The notes under the pieces: generated by a model
The model's database searches: none
What the model saw: the letters and a program-made list of their open reading frames with translations, nothing else
Told to the model about the DNA's origin: nothing
Position numbers and translations under genes: made by a program
Assembly (NCBI GenBank): GCA_977018835.1
Contig: OZ361260.1
Coordinates: 1,736,001-1,800,000, forward strand
Origin: Minutocellus sp. GHC0000111
Taxonomy: Eukaryota
Length of the DNA: 64,000 nucleotides
Direction: 5' to 3'
Shown here: positions 12,596-22,804 of the stretch, piece after piece
How the letters are laid out: each line of letters opens with the position of its first letter
Position numbering within the stretch: position 1 is the stretch's first letter

Positions 12596-13156
12596 ATGCG
12601 AAATATATTCAAAAGCAAGAGAAACACCTCAACCCCTGAATCTTTGGTGCAGCCTGCTGCCAACGACGACAACGACGTTTCCTCAATTCCTACAATGCCG
12701 TCCCACTCCTACGTCGAACTCGGCACAATTCAATACGTCAATCTAACATCGGATGCTCGTCATGGTGATTATCAGACTGCCATCGACATTGCGGCTCAGA
12801 CTGGCAAGCCAATATTTGCCAACTTTGTCCAATGGAGTGGCTGACAGGGATGTAAGGATGCCGGCGCAATCTTTACCGATCCAGCCATCAAGCGAGCCGC
12901 TGAGGAACTATTTGTGCCCTGCACCTTCAACACATGGGATCGATCCAACCCCAAACGAAATAAGGCAATGAAAAAGTGGGCGACCGGCCTAGAGAATTCC
13001 TGATGGGGGTACCTCCGAATCATTGATTCGGAGGGCAAACAAGTGGTAGGCGGAACTCGGCAGATTACTAGCCGAAGAGCCAAAGCCGACGTCAAGAGAG
13101 CCATGATCGAGGCATTGGAAGATTTGGATATTGACGTTCCCGATTATCTGCAGTAA
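12596..13156 (+). CDS. Thioredoxin-fold selenoprotein candidate with in-frame TGA at 12842-12844 (WSG-U-QGC) and 13001-13003 (ENS-U-WGYLRIID)
   Basis: Reading through both TGAs gives a continuous thioredoxin-like protein (ELGTIQY...AIDIAAQTGKPIFANFVQWSG*QGC...ELFVPCTFN...YLRIIDSEGK...DVPDYLQ) ending at TAA 13154-13156. A SECIS-like structure follows about 40 nt downstream. Confidence 0.85.
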
Positions 13157-13196
13157 ATTTTTGAATGCAATAGAATGTGCGATATGTACCTACTCT

Positions 13197-13288
13197 GAGG
13201 GCGTTGAATGACTTGATGAATGAAGCGAGGAAAAGAATACTACTGGTATATCACTTTTCATCGCTTTCATCGATGACGAAGCGCTTTT
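13197..13288 (+). promoter_or_regulatory. Eukaryotic SECIS element (type II-like, long apical stem)
   Basis: Helix I GAGGGCGTT/AGCGCTTTT; core ATGAC (13208-13212) opposite TGAC (13274-13277); helix II TTGATGAA/TTCATCGA; unpaired AA at 13223-13224, 11 nt after ATGA; apical stem GCGAGGAAAAG/CTTTTCATCGC. Confidence 0.8.
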
Positions 13289-13398
13289 ACTTTCAAAAGG
13301 AAGCGAATTCTAGAAATACATGAACAAAATGATACATTAACAAATTCTAAGTAACGCATGACAAATAATATGTCTAAGTAGTCCGAACTATGCAGTAG

Positions 13399-14997
13399 TT
13401 AAAATGCCGCGGCAGCTTGCTCAGCCAGTATCTGAGATATTTCGATCGGCGTGTCTATCGGTAAAGGCGGAGGTGGATTGGGATCCGTCACCGGTGCATT
13501 TTCGACGGGCTTAGGCACATCAGCGACAGGCTCGGGAGCTATGACGGGGTCGGGATTATCAGCAATGGGTTCATTGGTTACAGGTTCAGGATTAGCAGGG
13601 ACAGGCTCACTGATAGCAGGCTCACTGATCACAGGCTGAGGGTCTGCAGGAGGATTGGGTACCGGCAAAGTGGGAGCAGTGGGAGGCTCGGCATTTCGAC
13701 AGCAGATGGTCGAATCGTAGGGGTTGCCGTGAAAGTAGCAACTTCGCTTGCAGGTCTGCTGCGCGATCCATTGGTTGGATGGCGATACACACTTCTGAGG
13801 AACGAGCCTCCAAGCCTCACATGTTCGTCCCTTTACCTTCATGTCATCGTTGGGTTCATTGGGACAGTAGACGCAGTTGTCTGGGTCGGCTGCCGGAGTG
13901 ACGCCAACTCCACTCGGCGGTAAGACCTCGATCGGTGCCTGATTTATCGCAGCCTGATTGCTCATTGCAGCAGCGCTAGAGCTGTCCTTGGCACCAGTCA
14001 CTGATAGATACTGTTTCGAAAACGGTCCCTCGGCATAATTAATCCCAAGCAGCGATGCCGCCATTACGCCAGAGTATGCGTTGGAGATGCACGAGGGTCT
14101 TATCCGCTCATTGCCAGGATCTTTGAGGTTGTTGAGTTCGTAAATGTCCCTGTTTTGGAGTACAGCTGGGCCATACACGTAGAACGGCACTTTAAAGACG
14201 AGTGGATCATCGAGATCATTGTGATTGCCAACCTCCTCGAAGCCGTGGTCGGATGTGAGTATGATCGCAGTGTTGCCGTTGAGGGCGGGGTTGGTCCTGA
14301 TGAAATCGAGCATTTGGCCAATGTATTCGTCCATCTGCTGAACGGCGTCGGAATATTGCGTGCTGTTGGCCCCGGTGCTTAAATATCCGGCTCGATCGGC
14401 TTCGCGAAAGTGGACAAAGGAATAGGTGTATGGATTCGCTGTCATATCGTCCATCCAATTGTTCATCACACGATGGGCCCACTTGGTGAAGACGTAGTTG
14501 TCGATCTGCCACTTGTTGTCGACAAAGGTGTTGAACTTTTCCTTGGCGCCATAAAAGGCGGTGGTTCCCCCCACGGCCTTGACCAGGTCGAAGATGTTGG
14601 CAAACGACGTCAGCTTGGCCTTGCCATCTCCGTCCTCAAAGTGTCCGTGTTGCGATACCGAGAGCCCTGTGAAAATCGAGATGTGATTGGGCAGAGTCTG
14701 CGGGCGCTCGAACTGATTACGAGCATTGCCCGTGCCGACTCCATGACTCTTCAGGTAGGCAAAGTTGGGATAATCCAGCATGTGATCTGGACGGAGACCG
14801 TCGGCGACGACGTGAACGACGTACCCGGCCTTGGCCGCGGCATGATTCCAGTGCGCTTTGGCTGGGTCGACCAGACCTGCTCCCGCGTTGCCATTCTTGT
14901 TATCCTTGTCTTCCTTGGCATGGCAGCAGCTGGTAAATGTCGCCAACAATAGGGTCAGGGTGAGTGCCAAGACGTTACTTTTTTTGTTCGATCTCAT
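13399..14997 (-). CDS. Secreted alkaline phosphatase-superfamily enzyme (nucleotide pyrophosphatase/phosphodiesterase-like) with a Cys-rich module and a Pro/Glu-rich tail
   Basis: Signal peptide; motifs VVADGLRPD, QTLPNHISIFTG (Thr nucleophile), VHFREADRAG and ILTSDHG. Confidence 0.8.
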   Translation of the reverse strand: MRSNKKSNVLALTLTLLLATFTSCCHAKEDKDNKNGNAGAGLVDPAKAHWNHAAAKAGYVVHVVADGLRPDHMLDYPNFAYLKSHGVGTGNARNQFERPQTLPNHISIFTGLSVSQHGHFEDGDGKAKLTSFANIFDLVKAVGGTTAFYGAKEKFNTFVDNKWQIDNYVFTKWAHRVMNNWMDDMTANPYTYSFVHFREADRAGYLSTGANSTQYSDAVQQMDEYIGQMLDFIRTNPALNGNTAIILTSDHGFEEVGNHNDLDDPLVFKVPFYVYGPAVLQNRDIYELNNLKDPGNERIRPSCISNAYSGVMAASLLGINYAEGPFSKQYLSVTGAKDSSSAAAMSNQAAINQAPIEVLPPSGVGVTPAADPDNCVYCPNEPNDDMKVKGRTCEAWRLVPQKCVSPSNQWIAQQTCKRSCYFHGNPYDSTICCRNAEPPTAPTLPVPNPPADPQPVISEPAISEPVPANPEPVTNEPIADNPDPVIAPEPVADVPKPVENAPVTDPNPPPPLPIDTPIEISQILAEQAAAAF

Positions 14998-15519
14998 CTT
15001 GTTTCGAAAGGCAGATCTATTACCGGTATTGTTCGAGTTGTGACAGTTTGTGATCATGCATGCGTTGGGTTTGTAAGAACTTCTTTGTGTTGCACTTGGC
15101 GTTGTCGCTTCCTGCTGCTGCTGCTACGCCTCTGTTCGTCGACGATCATCTTGCTATCCATGGCCTTTATGCGCACCAATCCAATTGCCGCGCATAGACG
15201 CCAATACCAGCAAACCGCCTCGCTCGGCGAAGTGGTCGTTGCTTTCTCCCTCCAACGCGGTAAAAAGTCAACGGAAGAAATGAAGGTCGCTGATGATCTG
15301 CAGATCTTGTGCCGCTCCTTCTTGTGCTGCTTGTTGTGACGACAGAAGGAAATCACTAACTGCATAACGTCATTCAGAAGAAACCCTCATTTTTGACAAG
15401 ATAGATACCACTCACGCGAGATACGTGCTAAACTTGTCCTGATTATAACAGCAGAACCTATTGCCTAGCTAGATCTATCATCAATATTTTTCCATTTCAG
15501 GCCGTTGACGCATAAGGCC

Positions 15520-16695
15520 ATGCCGGTCTCTCTCGCCTCGTCACCAACTGGAGATGCCGACGATCAGTTGTCCACCTCAGCGTGCTCGTCTGTATCCTCC
15601 CCAAATCGTCCGCGGGGCCGTCGTCGTCGAAGAAGCGGAGGCCGAGAGCCAGACTGGGTGGCATGGACTGAACATAGCGGCGACTTGGATCGAGCCCTCG
15701 ATGGCAACCACAGTACAGCACGGGTCTGTTCATCATGCTGTAAGCAATTCTGCCAATCAGAAAGTTTAGATGCGCCGCTGATATTGCTTTACTCCTCGGT
15801 CCTACTAAATGCGGTCATTCTGGCGGCCGCCATTTGGGTCTACGCCCTAACATCATCACAACTCGTGTTGGCGCAGGCCGCCGATTCCTTCCTCGACGTT
15901 GGTGCCAACCTGGTGATTGCATATGCGGCTCGAGTTGCCAGACGACCGGCCGATCGGGACCACTTGTATGGTCATCAGCGAGCCGAACCCATTGGTGCCT
16001 TAATTGTTGCCGTCATCACGTGCGTTGTGGCAATACAAGTGTTTGCAAGTGCCATCATATCGCTTTCGACCCAATCGTATCCAGAAGCCGATGTTACCAT
16101 TGCTGCCATATTGGGAGCCAAGGGAGGATTGAAAATGTTATTGATTGTGGCCATATTGTTTGTGACATCGTTTCGTCCGTCCGAAAATTTGGCATTGAAT
16201 GCCTTGTTTGTAGACACTAGGAATGATATTGTTGCATCCATTGCTTCGCTCGGAGGTTTCGCTCTGACCAAGGCAGGATACGGATGGGGCGATGGCATGT
16301 TCGCAATTCTGCTGAGAATTTACGTATTTTACAATGGGGCTGATTTAGGCAACGAGAACCTTATTTACATCATGGGCGGTGCACCAACGAAGGATGTAAT
16401 GGACGAGTTGAAAGATATCGCAGGAAAGGTTGAGGGGGTTCAATCGGTGGGGAGAATTCGGTCGCAGTTCATGGGACAGGAGCTGCAGGTTGATGTTTGC
16501 ATTGTTGTACCATCAAACATAATGGATGTTGCAGCGCTTGCGGATTGCCGGTTGCCAATCAAGGCCGTCGCACCCGCAACCGCACTTTTGATCAACAAGT
16601 TCCGCCGAGAGACCTGGTCACTGCCACCAGCGGGTTGTTCTGCCGCTAGTGATGTTATTCCATGTCGCATTCCTCTGGGCACAGCCGGTGGCTGA
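15520..16695 (+). CDS. Cation diffusion facilitator (FieF/Mn-CDF-like); the native C-terminus appears lost after about 16525
   Basis: TM2 ADSFLD; PADRDHLYGHQRAEPIG; TM5 DTRND; start of the dimerisation domain. The final ~55 aa are the antisense of another gene. Confidence 0.8.
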   Translation: MPVSLASSPTGDADDQLSTSACSSVSSPNRPRGRRRRRSGGREPDWVAWTEHSGDLDRALDGNHSTARVCSSCCKQFCQSESLDAPLILLYSSVLLNAVILAAAIWVYALTSSQLVLAQAADSFLDVGANLVIAYAARVARRPADRDHLYGHQRAEPIGALIVAVITCVVAIQVFASAIISLSTQSYPEADVTIAAILGAKGGLKMLLIVAILFVTSFRPSENLALNALFVDTRNDIVASIASLGGFALTKAGYGWGDGMFAILLRIYVFYNGADLGNENLIYIMGGAPTKDVMDELKDIAGKVEGVQSVGRIRSQFMGQELQVDVCIVVPSNIMDVAALADCRLPIKAVAPATALLINKFRRETWSLPPAGCSAASDVIPCRIPLGTAGG

Positions 16696-16754
16696 AAGGC
16701 AGAGCTGATGCCACAAAAGGCAACGAAAAGTGAGAGAACTGAGCTGAATCTCAT
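16525..16754 (-). pseudogene. 5' fragment of a plastid thylakoid-lumen protein gene (tripartite presequence only)
   Basis: Signal peptide ending SSA-FQP (ASAFAP-like), transit peptide, twin-arginine SRRNLL, hydrophobic core and ASA-A cleavage site. The frame then runs into the antisense of the CDF gene. Confidence 0.65.
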
Positions 16755-17415
16755 GGTGCAGGTCAACTAACTCAAGGAGAATGGGCTGGAGCTGATGCCA
16801 GCCGCGGCGGCGGCGCGGAACGTCATCGGCTTTCTATTCTCTCGTCAAATCTCATGCTGTGCTTGCCATTCCAAAGGACACTGGCAGCAGCAGCAGCAAT
16901 TCCTCGCCTATACTATTGTTACAAAAGGGTCTATGTCTAGATACCGCCCTACAGCTTGCTAACGAACTGATTTACCAAAGTGAATTGGTAGCGGGCCAAC
17001 AAAATGAAGTGAATTCATTCTGAGGTTTCGTTTCTCCAGTTGGCCTGAGTTTCCCGTCCAAAGTTTCTCAGAGGTGTAAAGTTGTCGCGGTAGGGTAATG
17101 CAAGAACCCGAACGTCTAACCTCCTATGAAACCGATAATAAAAAAGTTGCTTTCTCGCCTCGAGCAGCCAAGGGAATCCAAACCAAAACGAGCAAATACA
17201 TGCGCAGTAAATGAGAAAGTCACATAAGCAGGAACGCCGGGCGCCGCGCGCCGAAATGCCGAGATGATATGCTATCCAACGTCGCTCCTCGAAGCTCGCG
17301 CAAAGAAGATACCCCTTTCAATCACTTTTTGCGAGAAAGCAGTTCAAAGGAACATTTCATAAAATAGGAATTCAATTCTACAAATTGCAAATCGATTTGT
17401 CAAACGCTGAGAAGT

Positions 17416-19871
17416 ATGGCAATAGCCCGCATATGGACGATCGCGCTTCTCCTCGGCAGCGTAGCGTCAATCGCTGGAGCTACTGCAGACCAACGAAGCA
17501 CGAATTCAACCGCAACGACAACAGGAGCAACAATCAAGATTTTCCCCCAGACTTCTGATCTGAAGCCCATCGCCGTCGACGATAACTTTGAATATAAGTG
17601 CTGCTGCCTCGGAGATGATGGTGCCGAACCGCTTCCACTCGACATTATCGACAACGAGGAAATTATCCCGGAATGCCGCCTCCCAGTTTCAGATTGTCCT
17701 ACCACCTCGATTGAAGCATATCATCCCAACTTTGGAGAAGTGCTGCTAGAAATCGATACGAGCGAGGCAAAGGCTGGTGCCATCATTCAAGTTGATCTTG
17801 CTTTTGGCAAAAATCAAATTATTGATGCCGATGCCGCTGCTGATGGTGTCTCCGCCGATCAAGTTGCTCCATCAAACGACATGTGCACAAATGCCATTGA
17901 GCTGACAACTGGAACAACAGTCTCTGGCTCAACGACCGATGCCACATTTGATGGCGTTGGTACATGTGGAACAAGTAACACAGCTCCAGGGGTCTGGTAT
18001 TCGTTTGTTCCCACCGAACAAGTGCTGGCGTCTGTTTCGACTTGTGGTTTCTTTGATTATGACACCAAGATCAGTGTCTTCAGTGGAACATGTGGCTCTT
18101 TGTCTTGTGTAGACGGCAACGACGATGACTGTGGTTTACTGTCCAGGGTTGATTTCATCGCGGATGCTGGGGTTAGATACTTTGTCCTTGTTCACGGTTT
18201 TTCCTCATCGAAGGGTAACTTTGAACTTGCTCTTTCCACTCTTCCTGCTCGCATTGTTCTTGGTAGTGATGAATGTCAAAGTGCCGTCGCATTGAGTGCG
18301 GGATCAGTCTATGGAACAACAAACGGTGCAACTTTTGATGATGTTGGCCATTGTGGCACGTCGCCAGGAGTCTGGTATTCATACGAACCAACAGAGTCGG
18401 TGGAAATCGTGACATTATCGACGTGCGATTTTGCTAGTTACAATACCAAGATAAGCGTCTTTACAGGATCATGCAGTGAGCTGACGTGCATCGCCGGCAA
18501 TGACAATGCCTGCGGCTCCCGCTCTCGTGTTACATTTGTCGCAGACGCTGGCGTCAAGTACTTCATCCTTGTTCACGGCAGCGGCTCTAGGACGGGAACC
18601 TATAGCCTGACTCTTTCTTCTACAACAGGAGGACTTGGTCCTCGCTGTGACCCTTATCCGTTCTATTGTGATGTCGTCAATGGAGCAACCGATGGTACAT
18701 TCTTATATGATGTTGTAGTTGGACCTGGAGGTGATATTTTTCAATACGGCGGCTTCGAAGCACTTGTAGGCGACTACGAACGTTCACAAGACGATGTCAT
18801 GTACTATGGCGGGGGTGATTTTTGTGGACCAATTGGTGACAATAGGTCTGGGTCTGTACGAATAATTGAAGGAAATGTCATGGAGCCCACCATGACTGCG
18901 TTCGAGGTCAGTACTTGCGTCTACGACTTTATTTACACTGTTCCTTCTTGTTCGAGAGAGCCCGAGGCTACCATCGTACCAAACTACTGGGTCCCACAAC
19001 TCGACAAGCCCGGGCTGACATGCGATCATGTTCGAATCAAGATTCCCGACCACGGAGAATACACGTGCCTATCGACCGGCGAAGCGATCTGCCGAGACAA
19101 TGGGGGCACAATGGGCAAGTGGCTGTTTGGCGTTGATGAGATTGACATGCCGAAATGCATCAGTGACTCGTGTATTATCCAGAACGGCATCAATACTTTC
19201 CCTACTCTTATCGACCCTGCCACCGACAAGTATCCTGTTACCGGAACGACCTACACCGACAGTGTGACGGGTGAAGTATGCAAAAACCCCAGTGGTGAAG
19301 CCATTCGAGGGTGTAAGTAGTTCATCTGTATTTTGGACAATCGAATATATATCACAGATTGTGCTCACATTTGTCATCTCTATCTCTATTCTTTTATCCT
19401 GAATGAACAGGTAACTACGCCGGCACTACGCAAATATGCATCGGCGAAAACAACGAGGCCGATGTAAACAGATACTCCCCGGAACGTCCATACCTCTTCT
19501 TCTACGACGAGAAGAGCAATCGTTTCCTCTACCAAGCAGACGGTATTGGAGAAGAAGGCAAGCTGCCTCAACTGAAAATGGTCAACAACGAGGGCCTCAA
19601 TCAGGATATGTACTTGGATTATCCCGTTGACATTAGCAAGTTCAAGAAGGGACCGACCGCTGATCCTGACGATGACAACGAATTGTGGAAACTATTCGTT
19701 GACCGCGATGGCAGCAATGATCTTGCCGCTTTCATCGACACCGTCGATCCCAAGTTGTGCAAGCAATATGTTTCGCCGACGACCAGGGCTTGTTGGAAGA
19801 AAGATTGCGATGCCGCCGATGCCAATGTTGCTACGCCGGCTGCTGACGAAAGAGCCAACTGCGAGTTTTAA
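17416..19871 (+). CDS. Secreted modular protein: two beta-sandwich repeats (GVWY...DTKISVFxG...NDD/NxCG), an MRH-like domain and an unnamed Cys-rich C-terminal domain; intron 19313-19410
   Basis: Signal peptide; internal duplication of about 120 aa; MRH-like YYGGGDFCG...RSGSV...EVSTCVY. The intron joins IRGC|NYAGTTQICIGE, matching the uninterrupted paralog at 52461-53300. Confidence 0.8.
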
Positions 19872-20088
19872 GGAGCCCGGTATTTGTCTTTGTTTTGTAT
19901 TGAAAATGGAAAACTAGTTGTTCCGTCGGGATCTAAAATAAAATAAAAATGCACCAATATTTAGAGTTGATCCTTTGCGATTCAATAGAACAAAAACTTC
20001 AACTCGGTTCCCACGTTATCGTGCCAACGCTTTCGAGTCGAGTCTTTCCACGATCGTAGATGAAACCCTAATTGATTTCATACTGCTC

Positions 20089-20433
20089 ATGCCTCGATCA
20101 GTGGCCGCTAAGGAAGAAGCCAAAACTCGTACGCCAACTGAAATAAAGGCGAAAGAAACACTGAGCGTCAGAATGAAGCCACCAAAGAAGAAGCAGCCGA
20201 CGATGGTGACTCCCCCCAGCAAGAAATCTGGAGAGAGAAAATCTCCACGTAGGAAAGTTATTACCGGCCGTCGTAAGAACTCGACCAAGTTCACATCTCT
20301 GAAGATGGCCGAGAACTGGGCCGATGCGCTCGATGGAAATCTATGGATTCATGACAAGGCCGAGAAACAAATCCAGACTGTTCCGGCCGTTCCCAAAGAG
20401 ATAATAATCCTCCGCCCTAGTAATGCAAATTAA
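20089..20433 (+). CDS. Hypothetical basic low-complexity protein
   Basis: Lys/Arg-rich ORF with no recognisable motif. Confidence 0.3.
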   Translation: MPRSVAAKEEAKTRTPTEIKAKETLSVRMKPPKKKQPTMVTPPSKKSGERKSPRRKVITGRRKNSTKFTSLKMAENWADALDGNLWIHDKAEKQIQTVPAVPKEIIILRPSNAN

Positions 20434-20453
20434 TCCTACATAATACGTAGCAG

Positions 20454-22304
20454 CTAGTAGACCTCTCCTCTGGACACTGCACCACAAGCATTTGGTAGTT
20501 GATCCGTCGGTGCCCAGCTATATAACCCGCCACGCCGATCCAAGTGAATAAAATTTGCCAAAGGGATGGTGGCATTTGAATCACTTGGGCTTGCAGAGCT
20601 AATCATACCCTCCCCCAAAATTGATACTCGAACGGGCGGAGCATTTCCCCCTTGGTCAATTTGCACGATCTTGAAATTATCCCAGCCGACTCCCAAAAAG
20701 CTATCGCAGACCTCGAAAGTATGTTTGTCGCCTTTGAAGAGTACAACCGGAACGTCGTACCGCTCGAACGAATGTTGGATGACTTGCAGAGAATTCTGGG
20801 AGAGATCGGACTTGGTCAAGGCATGAGAAAATATCACTACCGCTAAAATCCTCCCGCTCGCAATACCATCGCCGTGTTTTTGGACCTGTTCCACGATCCA
20901 AGCATCGTTATCAGCCATCCGTGCAGCTGTGCGACTATCCTTGCCGCCTCCAAGCCAGTGCAAGCTAAAGAAGAGTACCCCATGAGCAACAAACGAAAAA
21001 TTCTCCTCTCGAATGGATTGGCGCTGCACCGCGGATCCTTGAAACGGTGCAAATCTATCAGTCCCATTCCAGTTATTTTCAAAGGCCATGAAATGCTTTT
21101 CCCACAGCTTCCACGCCGAACTGCGGCTAGGACAGTCGTTCCAGTCGCTATGATAGGGTAGAAATGAAGGCAAAGGTGAGATCATATCTACGAATATATT
21201 ACTCGATAAAAGACATACATAACAAAAACAAAAATCATATAATCGACAATTAAAACTCACTTATCACCGGGTATAATGAACGATGGCAGCTCGGGCAGAC
21301 CCGATGTGAGCAGATCGCGCATGAACACAAAGTCCTTTTCGTTGCACCCCTGCTTGGCATTCATGGCATCCCCGACGTGAATTAAAAACAAATCTTCGTC
21401 GACAATATCCTCCGATAAATGGAGGATCTGATCCTGAACGATAATTTTTTGGTTTGGATTGTATGGCACATCCCCGAGGACATAGAATGAAAATGAGGTT
21501 GGCGTGTCATCAGCGTCTTCCGTCGGCGAGTCGTCAATAGGAAGTGGAGCGGTTTGAACACTGATAATATCGTCAGCAGAGGACGGTGTGGGTCGTAAAG
21601 ATGGCCGATCAGTTGGCAAAGTCGGTTGTTGTCCTGATGGGCTCGGCGCAACGACCTCCATATCACCCCCATCATTTTCGCTAAGGTAGAAATCCACTTC
21701 CTCATTGTTTTCAGTATTTGCACCTTGCAATTTCTGGAGCTGCCAGAGGCGCCAATAACTGCCCCAACCACAATGGCAATAATCAGCACAAGACCCACCG
21801 CAATAATGCCGACCAATTTGGTTCGGCTTGATCGCTCCTCATTCTTGTTGTTGTTGCTGTTTTCTGACGATGCACTGGAGTTGGTGACGACGGTATCCTC
21901 GCTAGTTATTGGTGCAGCGGCGGCAGCCTTGGTCGGCGTCGACGCTTTGTCTTGCTCGTCACATGCGGCATTGGCTGGCGCTGGCGGAGGCGGTGGAATC
22001 GTGTTTTCGTCAACATGTGTTTGTTCCGGAGCCTCCTCCGCCGCATCGTCTTGCAACTCGCCACCTCCCTCTTCCACAGATGCCTCTATTGCCGGTGCAG
22101 CGATGCCATCCTCTTGCGCAAAGAACCACCCGAGCGCACCGGACATGGACTCCACGACGTTCTGCAAAAGGGCGCCGCATCGGTCAGGACGTCGTCGGCA
22201 AAGTCGGACGAGAGGCCGCACGTGCTGGTACTGGATGGCGACGATTCCGCCGAATCCTCTGCATCATGAGCTTCGGCGTGCTCGTGCTCGTCATGGTCGC
22301 TCAT
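20454..22304 (-). pseudogene. Membrane-anchored calcineurin-like metallophosphoesterase with two apparent frameshifts (about 22175 and 21728); intron 21260-21148
   Basis: Motifs LGDVPY, HVGD, PGD|NDW across the intron, FSHA and KGDKH; TM helix LVGIIAVGLVLIIAIVVGAVIG. The N-terminus, TM segment and catalytic region lie in three different frames. Confidence 0.7.
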
Positions 22305-22804
22305 CTCTACGTAGGACTTTGCTGGGTCAGTATGTTGCGTATCCGCTTGGGTTTGGTGGAGAGACGAGCGAATGGCGCAAGCACCGACGGTCTAAAATGC
22401 TGTGCTGCTAAAATGCTCATTCGATCCGGCCGGCCGGCCGATTGATGATGAATCTCGGGGGTAGTATCTCTATAGATACAATTCGGCGTCTTCACTTCAC
22501 AACAGGCCGCCGAAGACACGTCACACGTCACACGTCACGCACAGCAAAGAAGGCCGTCCGCAAGAAAGCAAGCACAAACATGAAAGATTTCATTTGGCTG
22601 TCATTTGGCGCCTCCGACGACGGAAAAAAAGCCGTGAAGTGGTGATCACACACAACGAACCGAGGCGCAACATCACACACTTCCACTCGGCAGTAGCATA
22701 ACTCAAGCAAGCCTCTGCTACGCTACGCAGCTACTAAAAAGTGGAAGCAATACGCCACACAAGCCGTTAGACCAAGTCAAGTCAAGCCAACTGAAGTCAG
22801 CGTC

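Noticed and set aside
9872..13003. Genome-wide reassignment of UGA to Trp, suggested by TGAs at Trp-like positions
   Set aside because: TGG is used normally throughout, and TGA serves as the apparent true stop of other genes (184-186, 45351-45353).
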